A stretch of DNA of 64,000 bases from an uncultured virus (IMG/VR IMGVR_UViG_3300029267_002644) (IMGVR_UViG_3300029267_002644), one strand, 5' to 3'; shown: positions 49,995 to 59,966, numbered from the stretch's first letter. The notes: a model not told the origin generated them from the letters alone. Translations and numbers: made by a program.

Positions 49995-50250
49995 ACTCTG
50001 TAGTGTTAAACGAAAGAAATGGGAAACCGACAATTTTTTTGGTATTGAATGTAATAGACATTTTGTACCGATGATTGTTTTAAAGGAACATAGGACAGAA
50101 CTAACGGATGGTGAAAAGCTTCTTGTTAAGAGTTTGATCCAATTACATTATCCACGTTGGTATCCAGATGGCTCAAAATCTGACTCTGATGAGCACTGGC
50201 ATATACATTTGTCGAGGAAAAAATCAAATGAAGACCCTCTTTCTATCTGA
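49975..50250 (+). CDS. HIT-like protein
   Basis: Likely GTG start 49975 (SD ggagg); CKLC, PMIVLKEH..EL, HWHIHL histidine triad. Confidence 0.6.
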   Translation: MKRRKCKLCSVKRKKWETDNFFGIECNRHFVPMIVLKEHRTELTDGEKLLVKSLIQLHYPRWYPDGSKSDSDEHWHIHLSRKKSNEDPLSI

Positions 50251-50908
50251 CCTACATTTAGGTAGTCCATTATTTACGAAAAAGGCTGCCGTTGTTGACC
50301 TCATATTATCACCAGAATTTGAAGAGCTTATCCTGGTAGGTGATATTTTCGACACATGGGAAGCCAAGATAGAAAAGATTTTTAACGACAACCAAGCATT
50401 TATGTCGACTGTCTTTGAGGCCTCAAAGCATATTCCAACAACATTTATCATGGGAAACCATGACCCAGATGCTGATATCATTAAAGCAAACTGGCCGTTT
50501 GTTGGTGTCCATGAGGAATTTCAATGGAATGGCGGCATGATTACACATGGTCATCAATTCGATGACCTCATCACTAAGTATTCATGGTTAGCAAAATTTT
50601 TATTCACAATTCATTGGATTTGCCAGCGTATTTTCTTTATTAACATTAAAGCATTTGTCAGAAGAATTCTATATTCAGTAGCTGGGCACAGACAGAAAAA
50701 GTATTACACTGAGTTGACACTAGACATTGAGAGGGGAGCAGTGGAAAAATACAAAGAATACGCATTTGTGGTAATGGGTCACACTCATCTTCCTAAGAAG
50801 GCAGTGAGTGGTGCAACGAAGTATATTAATTGTGGAGATTGGATTCATAATCAAACATATGTAATTCACGATTCTGAATCAAAGGAATTCACACTCAATC
50901 ATTTATAG
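50228..50908 (+). CDS. Calcineurin-like metallophosphoesterase, LpxH/YbbF-like
   Basis: Start 50228; SDLHLG, GDIFD, GNHD, HGHQFD, MGHTH, NCGDW. Confidence 0.85.
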   Translation: MKTLFLSDLHLGSPLFTKKAAVVDLILSPEFEELILVGDIFDTWEAKIEKIFNDNQAFMSTVFEASKHIPTTFIMGNHDPDADIIKANWPFVGVHEEFQWNGGMITHGHQFDDLITKYSWLAKFLFTIHWICQRIFFINIKAFVRRILYSVAGHRQKKYYTELTLDIERGAVEKYKEYAFVVMGHTHLPKKAVSGATKYINCGDWIHNQTYVIHDSESKEFTLNHL

Positions 50909-50924
50909 CGAATGGAGGTGGTCC

Positions 50925-51134
50925 ATGAAATGGATATCCCCACCACCATTCGAAGACGAGGCAGCAGCTGAAAGTTACTTCTTCACAGCTCTAACCATTA
51001 TTGCAAGAAACAATAATTGTGAAATAGAAAAAGTTGATCTGAAAAACAATATAGTCCACTTATCTGGACCACAAGAAAATCAAGTAGAATGCGCAAAAGA
51101 GATCGCAGAAAAACTTAATCAATATTTGAAATAG
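50925..51134 (+). CDS. Small hypothetical protein
   Basis: SD ggaggt. Confidence 0.55.
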   Translation: MKWISPPPFEDEAAAESYFFTALTIIARNNNCEIEKVDLKNNIVHLSGPQENQVECAKEIAEKLNQYLK

Positions 51135-51145
51135 GAGGTTGCGTA

Positions 51146-51487
51146 ATGGATATTAAATCAGGTTGGAAAACAACTGAGTTTTGGACAAGTATCACGACTG
51201 CTGTTGCTGGTTTAGCTGTCATGTTGGGATTTATTACCCCGCAAGAATCGGGGCAGATCCTTGGCGGCTTAACTCAAGCGATTGGTGGTGTAATGACAGT
51301 AGTACCGATTGTGGCTTATGCGTGGTCGCGCGGCAAAGCAAAATCAGACATTGACTTCTCAAGCATCTTGGGATTCCTTGGAAGCTTTGCTGGGACACCA
51401 CAATCAAATATAACCGTTGAGCAGATTGAGGAGTTACTCAACAAACTCAAAGAGGAAGAAGCTCAGACAAAAAAAGTTAAACGTTAA
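51146..51487 (+). CDS. Holin-like two-TM protein
   Basis: KSGWKTTEFW followed by two hydrophobic helices and a charged tail. Confidence 0.6.
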   Translation: MDIKSGWKTTEFWTSITTAVAGLAVMLGFITPQESGQILGGLTQAIGGVMTVVPIVAYAWSRGKAKSDIDFSSILGFLGSFAGTPQSNITVEQIEELLNKLKEEEAQTKKVKR

Positions 51488-51493
51488 AAATAG

Positions 51494-51519
51494 AGTGGGG
51501 AGGGTTGCGCCTCCCCACT
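51494..51519. terminator. Bidirectional terminator-like hairpin
   Basis: agtggggagg/cctccccact between convergent genes. Confidence 0.72.
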
Positions 51520-51523
51520 TCTC

Positions 51524-51865
51524 TCATTCACTCCTTCCTTCTAGAGCATTCTCTACCATCGTTGTTAGTTCCGTCAATGTGAAAGGTTTGTGGAGAATGA
51601 ATTCTCCGTCCTCTAAGTCACCTGTGCAAATCCTGACAGGTACAGTTCTAATTGACTGAATTGCTTTCCTGACTTGAAAACCATCCACCCCTTCCAGATT
51701 TTTGTCGACGATGACCAACTCGAACTTATCTGGTGTTTCCTCAAATATAGAAATTCCGGATTCAGCTGTTTTCGTAATAGTCAACTTATGACCGCTCCGC
51801 TCCAGTAACTGCTTATAAACACCAAGGATCATGTCGTCATCGTCGATGATTAAAATGTGGCACAT
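51524..51865 (-). CDS. Single-domain CheY-like response regulator
   Basis: Likely start 51865; ILIIDDD, LVIVD, GVDG, ICTG, HKPF. Confidence 0.88.
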   Translation of the reverse strand: MCHILIIDDDDMILGVYKQLLERSGHKLTITKTAESGISIFEETPDKFELVIVDKNLEGVDGFQVRKAIQSIRTVPVRICTGDLEDGEFILHKPFTLTELTTMVENALEGRSE

Positions 51866-51908
51866 AATCAATCTCCTTTGAAAACAATTTTTTCCTTCTT
51901 CTAATTAT

Positions 51909-51958
51909 TAATATATATAGAAAATGACTATTTACGGACATACCAGAACAAATATAAA
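51909..51958. promoter_or_regulatory. Back-to-back full class M motif (minus) and class P motif (plus)
   Basis: TGTCCGTAAA-N11-TATATATATTA (51940-51909); AGAACAAATATAAA 51945-51958. Confidence 0.75.
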
Positions 51959-51984
51959 ATACCCCGCAGAAAGGTTCTTATTGA

Positions 51985-52830
51985 ATGAAATGTTATTACC
52001 ATACGTCGGACCTGGATGGAAGATGTTCTGGAGCAATTGTTAAACACTATGAAAGGGACTGTGAATTAGTTCCAATTGATTATGGTTACAAATCAAATCT
52101 GAAACATCTCAGAGATGAGATTGTCTATATGGTTGATTTCACGCTAGAACCATTTAGTCGGATGATTGATTTAGACAAAAGGACTGATCTTGTATGGATA
52201 GATCATCACAAGTCAGCAATCGATGAAGCCAAAAAAAGAGGTTTCGACCCGATGGGTTTAAGAGATTGCAGATATGCTGCTTGTGAGTTGACTTGGAAAT
52301 ATTGTTTTCCTAATAAGGACATTCCTTTCGGGGTAAGTTTATTAGGACGGTATGATGTATGGGATCATCAATGGTTAATGCAAGGAGATCGAAGTGTTGT
52401 ATTGATGTTTCAATATGGAATGAGAATACTCGATACGGATCCTTCGTCTCAGATATGGTCAAAAATACTGGAGTGTGATGATTTATTTATTGACCAAGTT
52501 ACTACAACAGGAAGGGCAGTAGCACAGTATGTAGAGATCGACAACGAAAGATATGCACATGGTTACTCATTTACCACCGAGTTTGAAGGTTATAATTGTA
52601 TATGTTGCAATCGCGGTATGACAAATTCTAAACTCTTCGACACAATATGGGATGAGAAAAGTCATGATCTTATGGTCACTTTCTGCAGAACAAGAAATGC
52701 TCTCTGGCTCGTCCACTTATACACAACTCATCGTGCGGTGGACTGTGGCGCTATCGCCAAGCGACATGGCGGAGGTGGGCACCAAAAAGCTGCTGGCTTT
52801 AGATGTAAGAATTTGCCTTTTAGAATCTAG
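51985..52830 (+). CDS. DHH/DHHA1 phosphoesterase (nanoRNase-like)
   Basis: YHTSDLDG, MVDF, WIDHH, GGGGHQKAAGF. Confidence 0.88.
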   Translation: MKCYYHTSDLDGRCSGAIVKHYERDCELVPIDYGYKSNLKHLRDEIVYMVDFTLEPFSRMIDLDKRTDLVWIDHHKSAIDEAKKRGFDPMGLRDCRYAACELTWKYCFPNKDIPFGVSLLGRYDVWDHQWLMQGDRSVVLMFQYGMRILDTDPSSQIWSKILECDDLFIDQVTTTGRAVAQYVEIDNERYAHGYSFTTEFEGYNCICCNRGMTNSKLFDTIWDEKSHDLMVTFCRTRNALWLVHLYTTHRAVDCGAIAKRHGGGGHQKAAGFRCKNLPFRI

Positions 52831-52842
52831 GAGGGATTTGCA

Positions 52843-53160
52843 ATGGATCTAACTGTAATTGACGGCGGATCCCCCAAAAAGATTAAGAAAAAAGATGCTG
52901 ATGGAAGATTAGCCGTATTTGTAGATCATATGAGGTCCATTGAACAATCAATGTCGATGGTTGCTAGAATGGCTGAACAGATTGGATGGGATGAATTAAC
53001 AAAACGAGCATTGAATAACCACAGGGGGATTCTAGATACATTAGGTTATGTGAAGCACTACCGTAAGCAGATTATAGAGAATCTCCAAAGCAACGTTCCG
53101 AACTTGCAATCAATCCCCGGTGGTAAATTAGAAGGGGAAAAGACTGATGAGTCAGAATAA
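52843..53160 (+). CDS. Hypothetical protein
   Basis: SD ggagg. Confidence 0.55.
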   Translation: MDLTVIDGGSPKKIKKKDADGRLAVFVDHMRSIEQSMSMVARMAEQIGWDELTKRALNNHRGILDTLGYVKHYRKQIIENLQSNVPNLQSIPGGKLEGEKTDESE

Positions 53161-53437
53161 TGATTTAACAATACTTGGATGGAAATTTTGGGACCTATGG
53201 CTTCAAAAAATATTTAGAAACGTCGCCTCAATGAAGTTTATATGGTTGTCCTTTTTGTTCATAGTAGTTGTTTACGGCATGTTCCAGGGTCAGTGGATAC
53301 AGAATGAATGGGTTGCTAAAATACCACCATCTATTGGTTGTAGTTTGTTAGGTGGAGGGTTTGTGACGTTAGCAGGAACTAGAATGTATGCAAAAACGAA
53401 ATTGAGAGAAACAAACGGTGATGATGACCTCACATAG
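53147..53437 (+). CDS. Two-TM membrane protein (holin-like candidate)
   Basis: SMKFIWLSFLFIVVVYG; IGCSLLGGGFVTLAG. Confidence 0.5.
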   Translation: MSQNNDLTILGWKFWDLWLQKIFRNVASMKFIWLSFLFIVVVYGMFQGQWIQNEWVAKIPPSIGCSLLGGGFVTLAGTRMYAKTKLRETNGDDDLT

Positions 53438-53768
53438 TTTTGGAGACAACAATTTTCCATCTACTATTGGAAGTCTTTCTTCCGTTGTGTTCTAAGATGA
53501 TATTAGATATTTGTAATCGTTTAATTATCCTTTCTATACTGGTCCTTAAACTCCATGGTTCATTGTAACTAAATGTGTTTGACAACTCCTTATCAACTAC
53601 GTAGCTGCCTTCCTGAAGATTAACTAACCATTCTGTCAGATTTAATATTTTTTGTGTGTTCCACATGGGATTATTTGTTAAAAGTGTGTGACTACCGGTC
53701 TCCAATTGTTGGTTGATAGTTTCTTTGAGTTTTTTGATCATCTTCTTCTTAGACTCTGAGTTTTTCAT
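53430..53768 (-). CDS. Hypothetical protein
   Basis: 112-aa ORF convergent with 53147. Confidence 0.45.
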   Translation of the reverse strand: MKNSESKKKMIKKLKETINQQLETGSHTLLTNNPMWNTQKILNLTEWLVNLQEGSYVVDKELSNTFSYNEPWSLRTSIERIIKRLQISNIILEHNGRKTSNSRWKIVVSKTM

Positions 53769-53920
53769 TGGGTGATTTGTTATAAAAATATGGCTTCTCT
53801 TAGTAAGTCATATTTTAGAAGACTTACTATTTCCAAATACTCATTCAGGCAACACCTCCTTTCCCCACTATGGGATTATTTAGAAAGTGGCTGGATACCG
53901 AAATATCCAGCCACCATCTA

Positions 53921-54784
53921 TCATGGAACGACACCAATAAAAGTTGCTTCTTCTAGCGGTTTGGTGTCAACGCCCGCCTCTTTTAGTCTTTTTATTTCTT
54001 CGTTAAGTTCCGCAAGCTGCTCTGCATACATCTCGTGTATTTTGCTTAGGTCCGGATACTCTTGTTCTCTCTTGGGTGGCAATGGTGGGAGACCAGCTTC
54101 TTTGCGCATCAACTCCTTTTTGATTTGAATTTCTGTATACGCAAGTTCTGCTTCTCTTTTCATTACCATTTCCACTTCCCTTACTTTCCTCTCTGCCAAT
54201 GCTCGCTCGACCTGCTGCTCAGCACGTAGCCTTGCACTCAAAGCTTCTCGTTTCGCATCAAGCAACGCCGTGGTCTTGTGATCAAATTGCCAGCTTTCCA
54301 AGAGAATACTCTTTAGAAAGATGCCATCATACATACGGAGTTCCTTAAAAACCTCTCCTAATACAGCATCCAGTTTCTGGTTTCGATTTGCGATTATAAG
54401 ACAATCATCAACATCCCAATTTTCGAAGCCACGGGTGAGATGAGATTTGAGACGATTGGAAATCAAATCATCCGGACTCAAAAATTTACCAAGATGGTCT
54501 AACTTCTGAGGTTCTGCCATAACGCAGTTGAATATCAATCTAGCAAGAGCGCCATCAGAGAGGATTATACCAACGTCTATCGTACGCTTTGGATGATAGA
54601 CAGTTGTACTGCTGGTTGGAAGGGGTTGTTTGGACACTGTATTAGCAGAGTGGTATCTGTCATAAAACCAACTACCAGCCTGCCATACTAACAACCCCCC
54701 AATTATTAAAAATGCGCAGATTACAATCCACGCGCCTTTTGGTTTATCTCCTTCTGGAGGTGCTTGAAAATCCTCTTCTGCCAT
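53921..54784 (-). CDS. Membrane-anchored protein with SPFH/band-7-like features
   Basis: N-terminal TM; GIFLKSILLE...F...LLDAK..A...RAEQ coiled coil. Confidence 0.45.
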   Translation of the reverse strand: MAEEDFQAPPEGDKPKGAWIVICAFLIIGGLLVWQAGSWFYDRYHSANTVSKQPLPTSSTTVYHPKRTIDVGIILSDGALARLIFNCVMAEPQKLDHLGKFLSPDDLISNRLKSHLTRGFENWDVDDCLIIANRNQKLDAVLGEVFKELRMYDGIFLKSILLESWQFDHKTTALLDAKREALSARLRAEQQVERALAERKVREVEMVMKREAELAYTEIQIKKELMRKEAGLPPLPPKREQEYPDLSKIHEMYAEQLAELNEEIKRLKEAGVDTKPLEEATFIGVVP

Positions 54785-54799
54785 CGGCGCACCTCCCTC

Positions 54800-55969
54800 T
54801 TATACCTCCTGTTTCTCCTCACCAACCTTGATATCTTCCCAGTCCTTCTTCCACAGACCAACATGCTGCATCACTTTCACAAAGATCGTCTTCGCGAAAA
54901 CGATGATGGATTTCCTTATCAACTTATAGCTGATCCTATCGACGATAACGAAGATCACAATAATCCCAAATATTTGCCACCATGTGAATCCAAACATAGT
55001 CCAATCTCCTTCTTCCTCTATTTGTTTTTGTTGTTTTACCTCTTCTTGAGATTCGACAATTTTAGCTGCCGCGTTCTTCCCAAGTTTCTCTAAGAGGTTA
55101 TCATAGACATCACTGTTAATATGACCAAAATGGTCTTCGAGGATACCTTCATCATAGTAGAACTCATACTCCCTGTTCTCCTCTTCTGGCGTCATCCATA
55201 TTGAGCCGATTTTCTTTAGTTTCCTGCCCTTGGAATCCTCATGTGTTGCCTTGTTCCAGGTTGGAACATCAATACGGAAACCTCCCGCCTCTCCTTCTAA
55301 AAATTTAGCATAGAGGTATCGTTCCTTTTTGGCTCCGGTGAGTTTATCAATATCAACGTCGATTGTCTCACCCTTCACCTTCATAAGAAGTTTGGTGTTC
55401 TCACCCTCTTCAGGAGTCACGACGTCTAATGATTCTTTGATTCCCTTAACTACTTCCTTGGGATTGAAGTCAACAAGATATCTCCTGAATTTGTCTGTGA
55501 CATAAAACATGTAGTAGTCGCCTTTGTTTCCACTACACTCGCAGTCAGAGTTATATATAACGTATAACCCCTCACATAAGGAGTACGGTTGTTCTTCTTC
55601 TCTGACGTATACTGCGTGTTGAACTTTGTTCTTATACTTTCCGATCTCGAGTTCTACAACACACCTCTCGTCAAAAAGACTGTCTTTCGTATCGTCAGAC
55701 TGACCCATTCGAACTTGGTGGTCGCAAATTTGCATACTAAGATCGTAGTCTTTAAACTCCAACATAAACTCGTTGGTGTTCATTTTCTCTGCCCCAAGCT
55801 GCTCTTCAATCGGCGGTCCGGACTCCCACATCTTTTCCCAGTTAATGAGATCGAGCCAACCAGTGAATCCAATAAACAAAACAACACAACCAACAATCAC
55901 AATCCACATATGTTTAGCTTTGATATCCTTATCCTCCTTCGGCCATGATGCCTTCACCAAACCAGTCAC
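54800..55969 (-). CDS. Two-TM membrane protein with a large loop
   Basis: TM helices near both termini. Confidence 0.55.
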   Translation of the reverse strand: MTGLVKASWPKEDKDIKAKHMWIVIVGCVVLFIGFTGWLDLINWEKMWESGPPIEEQLGAEKMNTNEFMLEFKDYDLSMQICDHQVRMGQSDDTKDSLFDERCVVELEIGKYKNKVQHAVYVREEEQPYSLCEGLYVIYNSDCECSGNKGDYYMFYVTDKFRRYLVDFNPKEVVKGIKESLDVVTPEEGENTKLLMKVKGETIDVDIDKLTGAKKERYLYAKFLEGEAGGFRIDVPTWNKATHEDSKGRKLKKIGSIWMTPEEENREYEFYYDEGILEDHFGHINSDVYDNLLEKLGKNAAAKIVESQEEVKQQKQIEEEGDWTMFGFTWWQIFGIIVIFVIVDRISYKLIRKSIIVFAKTIFVKVMQHVGLWKKDWEDIKVGEEKQEV

Positions 55970-55990
55970 CCCCTCTCATGACCTCTAAGG

Positions 55991-56464
55991 TTAACGTATA
56001 TACGTACTCGGTGCATCATCTCTCGGTCCACCTGGATTCTTTGTAGAGGTTTTCGATTTCATCTTTTTGGGTTTGACAGTCTCAAGTCTTTTCATGGGAA
56101 ACCATAGTTCCTTGATTGGTTTGCCATCATGCATCTCTTGACTTGTCACTCCAACCTCGACACGCTCGTTGACCCAAACAGTGAGACCAGTAACAATACC
56201 TTTGAAACCACAAATTGGGTCAGTAACTTGATCACCGAACTGGAAGTCACAAGGTATTTCCTCGTAAGGGAGCGTCTTTTCAATAAATTCAGTCCGAGTC
56301 AAGTCAAACCATTGACCTTCTTCGGGTTTCCCATCTTTGAGAGTTTGAGGATGAACCAGAACCCTTGCACACCCTTCCATCCAGGTTCCCACCGCAACCA
56401 CCACTCCTTCAAAACCAGTAATCTTGTCCCGTACTTTACTTCCCGGGATAATCTCCTTTTCCAT
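55991..56464 (-). CDS. Tandem duplicated SH3-like barrel protein
   Basis: GSKVRDKITGFEGVV...DGKP...WF and GDQVTDPICGFKGIV...DGKP...WF. Confidence 0.65.
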   Translation of the reverse strand: MEKEIIPGSKVRDKITGFEGVVVAVGTWMEGCARVLVHPQTLKDGKPEEGQWFDLTRTEFIEKTLPYEEIPCDFQFGDQVTDPICGFKGIVTGLTVWVNERVEVGVTSQEMHDGKPIKELWFPMKRLETVKPKKMKSKTSTKNPGGPRDDAPSTYIR

Positions 56465-56485
56465 GCTAATTCTCCTCCCTTCCTG

Positions 56486-57013
56486 TTAAAATATGTCTTC
56501 TTTCATCTTCCCCATAAATGAATCCATCGAGCCATCGTGATTTTGATGCATGCAACGATACGCCCAGCGAGCTACCACTTTTGCTGTTTTTTCATCTCTA
56601 CCATCTAATTGTAACTCCATTACAAATCTGGAGAAAACAAACGACATTAGATCTGGACTCAGCATCCTTTCGGCACCCAAACATTTCAAAAACATTTGGA
56701 ATATAGATGGCAGAGGATTGACAAGGCTGTCCTCAAGGACAACCTTCGTACGGTCTTGAAGATTTTCTCTCCATTCATTGAACAGGCTCATACAACATCC
56801 TGCTCCTACAGCCAGTTCTTCTCTGTATGTTTCACCAAGGATCCCGCCAAATTCACAGAGCTTACAGAAGTGGCGATTCTCGACCTCATCCCATCTCAGC
56901 GCGGGACAAGGTCGAGTCTCACCATACAATCTTTGCCCGGCAGAACATGTTGCTTTGATGCAGCAATATCCACACCCGACACATTCTTTAGCTCCCGGAA
57001 ATAGTTCACCCAT
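56486..57013 (-). CDS. CxxCGxCC metal-cluster protein (YkgJ-like motif)
   Basis: CVGCGYCC...CPAL...C. Confidence 0.6.
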   Translation of the reverse strand: MGELFPGAKECVGCGYCCIKATCSAGQRLYGETRPCPALRWDEVENRHFCKLCEFGGILGETYREELAVGAGCCMSLFNEWRENLQDRTKVVLEDSLVNPLPSIFQMFLKCLGAERMLSPDLMSFVFSRFVMELQLDGRDEKTAKVVARWAYRCMHQNHDGSMDSFMGKMKEDIF

Positions 57014-57021
57014 ATTTCCTC

Positions 57022-57384
57022 CTAATGAGTTATCAAACCTTTAAGAGGGTTCTTTGGTCTCATCACACCATCTCTGTGTTCTTCTAAAGGTTTGATACTG
57101 TCCTTGTAGTTTGGTGGAAACAATTTCTTAAACGGCACGTTGCCGAAGTTACAGATATGAACTAGCTCCCACCGGACTCTTGTCTTTGCTTTTTCGGTTA
57201 ATATTCGTTCGAGGAAATCCCGTTTGTTCCTCAAAATCCTTTGCTTCTCCATTTTGTAATAGTTCCTTTGACATAAAGCTACTGACCGACTTCTTCTTTG
57301 CCTGCGCATGTGAACATACATGCAGGTTAAGAGAACAGCGACAGTCATCAGGAACATATAGACTCCCAACATCAAGTAGTACAT
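57022..57384 (-). CDS. Basic protein with N-terminal TM
   Basis: MYYLMLGVYMFLMTVAVLL. Confidence 0.5.
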   Translation of the reverse strand: MYYLMLGVYMFLMTVAVLLTCMYVHMRRQRRSRSVALCQRNYYKMEKQRILRNKRDFLERILTEKAKTRVRWELVHICNFGNVPFKKLFPPNYKDSIKPLEEHRDGVMRPKNPLKGLITH

Positions 57385-57397
57385 TTCTCCCTTCCTC

Positions 57398-57718
57398 CTA
57401 CAAATTTATCCATTCACCCTGTTCATTCAATGCGGCTTCAACCTCATCTCGAGTAAAATCAATTGCTGTTCCACATGGAATGTCAACGACGACGGGGTCA
57501 TTATCAGTTACTCCTTTGAGTTCATAATCAGACCTCTGAGATTTTTCAAGAACCCTAACCCAGAGATGTTCCTTCCGATTTCCGCTCTCAGGTGGAGCGT
57601 CAAAACCCAACTTTACCCACTTTCCAATATACCATTCTGGAGGGTAGTTTACTGCGTTCGGGTTGGGTTTTGCTGAGTGTTCTCCACAAGTCATAAATAA
57701 GTTACTCTGCGGTTCCAT
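57398..57718 (-). CDS. DUF2314/YegJ-like small beta protein
   Basis: VKLGF...EHLWVRV...KGVTDNDP...G..IDF. Confidence 0.55.
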   Translation of the reverse strand: MEPQSNLFMTCGEHSAKPNPNAVNYPPEWYIGKWVKLGFDAPPESGNRKEHLWVRVLEKSQRSDYELKGVTDNDPVVVDIPCGTAIDFTRDEVEAALNEQGEWINL

Positions 57719-57914
57719 CTTTTTCCCTCCAAGTTTTTACTAACACCATCCGGAAATACAGACATACAATGGCTATACATAAGTTGAGTTCCCAACCGTT
57801 CCCTAATGTACAACCAAAATTTATGAATGCTACCATTGTCAAACCGAATGATGTCGGATGTGACATTAGTATAGATTTCAAAACAATTCTCCTTTCCTTG
57901 ACGTATTCAATAAG

Positions 57915-57944
57915 TAATATATATAATAGAACAAACCATAAATA
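57915..57944. promoter_or_regulatory. Abutting class M and class P motifs
   Basis: taatatatata 57915-57925; agaacaaaccataaata 57928-57944. Confidence 0.65.
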
Positions 57945-57958
57945 AGGAGGGAACTGTT

Positions 57959-58891
57959 ATGAAAATATCTATGAAGTTCGAAACTGCCAAGAATGTTTTC
58001 TTGGTTGCAATAGCCATTGCAGTCCTTGGTGCTGCTTATGTCGGCGCCCAAGAAATTATGAATCACTTTGCTCTAAAGAATAAATTGATACAAGAGCAGA
58101 TGGTCGTATTGAAAGAGAGTGTTGTAAGCAATCGCATTCAGATTGATACAGCGGCTCTTGAGAAGAAGATTAGTGACCTAGATAGATCTATTACTGCCCT
58201 TGTCAAAGAAAGAGATCAACAAATCACAGATATTGGTAAGACAGTTGTTAGTATGAAAAAGTCTGTAGATTTAGTTAACAGGAAATCAGAACATGTATAC
58301 AAAGGAAAGTTTGAGCAATATTATAAAGAGATAATGGCTAAAGATGCAGAAGGAAATGAGTATCCAATAGCGTGGGTTATGTTTTATCCAAATAACCCTG
58401 AGGACAAAAAATGGAAATCTGGCACATTCGCCTCTGAGATTCATCAACAAATCGTGTTGGCTGAAAATGATGAGCGTGGTGATGTTTATGTAGAGGCTTG
58501 GAAAAAGGTCAAGAAGCGAGGTTATAAGGAGAGAGAATTCCCTCTCAAGATTGAGTCTGCTGAATGGGTAAAGCGAGAGAAGACTGACAAAGAATGGTTC
58601 TTCAACCCAAGATTATCTCTTGGTGCAGCCTTTAGTAGTGAAATGTTTCCTCAACTAGGTGTGAGTTTTTGGAGTTATGGTAGAACAAAAACTGACATGG
58701 ATTGGAGGATTTTAGATGTTGGGATCGGTGTAGATAGTGACAACACATACTTTACATTCTCTCCAGCTCAGTACAATATTGGACACTGGTTGCCTTTAAT
58801 TGATAACACATTTATCGGTCCATTTATTGGCGTTAGTAGCGACAGCGATGAGTCTACTCTGTTTGGTATCTCACTAGATATCCCACTCTAA
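57959..58891 (+). CDS. N-terminal TM + coiled coil + amphipathic beta-strand C-terminus (envelope-spanning candidate)
   Basis: VFLVAIAIAVLGAAYVG; heptads; RLSLGAAF...LFGISLDIPL. Confidence 0.5.
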   Translation: MKISMKFETAKNVFLVAIAIAVLGAAYVGAQEIMNHFALKNKLIQEQMVVLKESVVSNRIQIDTAALEKKISDLDRSITALVKERDQQITDIGKTVVSMKKSVDLVNRKSEHVYKGKFEQYYKEIMAKDAEGNEYPIAWVMFYPNNPEDKKWKSGTFASEIHQQIVLAENDERGDVYVEAWKKVKKRGYKEREFPLKIESAEWVKREKTDKEWFFNPRLSLGAAFSSEMFPQLGVSFWSYGRTKTDMDWRILDVGIGVDSDNTYFTFSPAQYNIGHWLPLIDNTFIGPFIGVSSDSDESTLFGISLDIPL

Positions 58892-58923
58892 AATTACATT
58901 TATGTAATTATGGTTATATATTT

Positions 58924-58938
58924 AGAACAAATTATAAA
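58924..58938 (+). promoter_or_regulatory. Class P motif AGAACAAATTATAAA
   Basis: Upstream of the metacaspase-like gene. Confidence 0.65.
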
Positions 58939-58967
58939 TTTCCTGCCAGGTTAAGGAGGTATAATAT

Positions 58968-59966
58968 ATGAGTTGGATTACGAATTTTTTTAAATGGTTG
59001 TCAAATCTATTATGTGATATTTTTGGTTTGGATTGTGGTACGGCTGGAGATGGAAAGCCACCAGATGTTGTGATTACGGACCCACCTGGTGATCCGTTTC
59101 CCTCACAACCAAATAAGTATGCTGTAATTGTTGGGGTAAGTAAATATTGGGATAGCAGTATGGATCTCCACGGTCCTCAAAATGATGTTACAGAGATTTG
59201 GACTTTGTTGAAAGACGTCTATGGTTTTCCTCAGGAAAACTTGAGGGTTCTTGTTAATGAAAGAGCAAAAGAGCATCATATCATTGACAGACTAGAATGG
59301 CTACTAAGTAACACTGAAGCTGGAGATGAATTAGTATTCTACTTCTCAGGTCATGGTAGTCAGTTGAGGGATCGTGATGGTGATGAACTTGATGATGGTA
59401 TGGACGAATTTGTCCTACCTCATGATTTTACATGGGATACAACACATTATATTATTGATGATCATCTTTATGATATTTTCAAGGATCTTGCACCAGGTGC
59501 TAATCTGACTATGATTTGTGATTCTTGTCACAGTGGAACAATGACAAGGAGTATCAAACCACCTAAACAAAATCCTAAGAAACTGCAAGTTCAAAAGAGA
59601 GTAGTGTATCCACCATTTGACCTTGAAGCCAGGTTTAAAGACGTAGAACTACCTGTTAATAAATTTGGGGCAAAATCTGAAGAGGGTCAGATTAAGTCGG
59701 CAGACCAACGACATGTATTGTTGTCAGGTTGTAGAGATGATCAAGTATCTTGGAGTGCTGTATTTGACGGTGGATACTGGCATGGTGGTTTGTCATATTA
59801 TCTAGTCAAAGCGCTCAAGAAGAACCCAAATTTGACATGGAGGGAAGTACTACCAGAAATTAATAGAGGGTTGGAGGCGAAAGGTCTGGATCAAAACCCT
59901 CAGCTTTCAGGAATGGATAAATTATTGGATAGACCCGTATTTGGAGGAGCCAAAAAAGACGAATAA
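58968..59966 (+). CDS. Caspase-family (peptidase C14) metacaspase-like protease
   Basis: KYAVIVGV, L.GPQND, FYFSGHG, DSCHSG, LSGCRDDQVS, QNPQ. Confidence 0.9.
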   Translation: MSWITNFFKWLSNLLCDIFGLDCGTAGDGKPPDVVITDPPGDPFPSQPNKYAVIVGVSKYWDSSMDLHGPQNDVTEIWTLLKDVYGFPQENLRVLVNERAKEHHIIDRLEWLLSNTEAGDELVFYFSGHGSQLRDRDGDELDDGMDEFVLPHDFTWDTTHYIIDDHLYDIFKDLAPGANLTMICDSCHSGTMTRSIKPPKQNPKKLQVQKRVVYPPFDLEARFKDVELPVNKFGAKSEEGQIKSADQRHVLLSGCRDDQVSWSAVFDGGYWHGGLSYYLVKALKKNPNLTWREVLPEINRGLEAKGLDQNPQLSGMDKLLDRPVFGGAKKDE

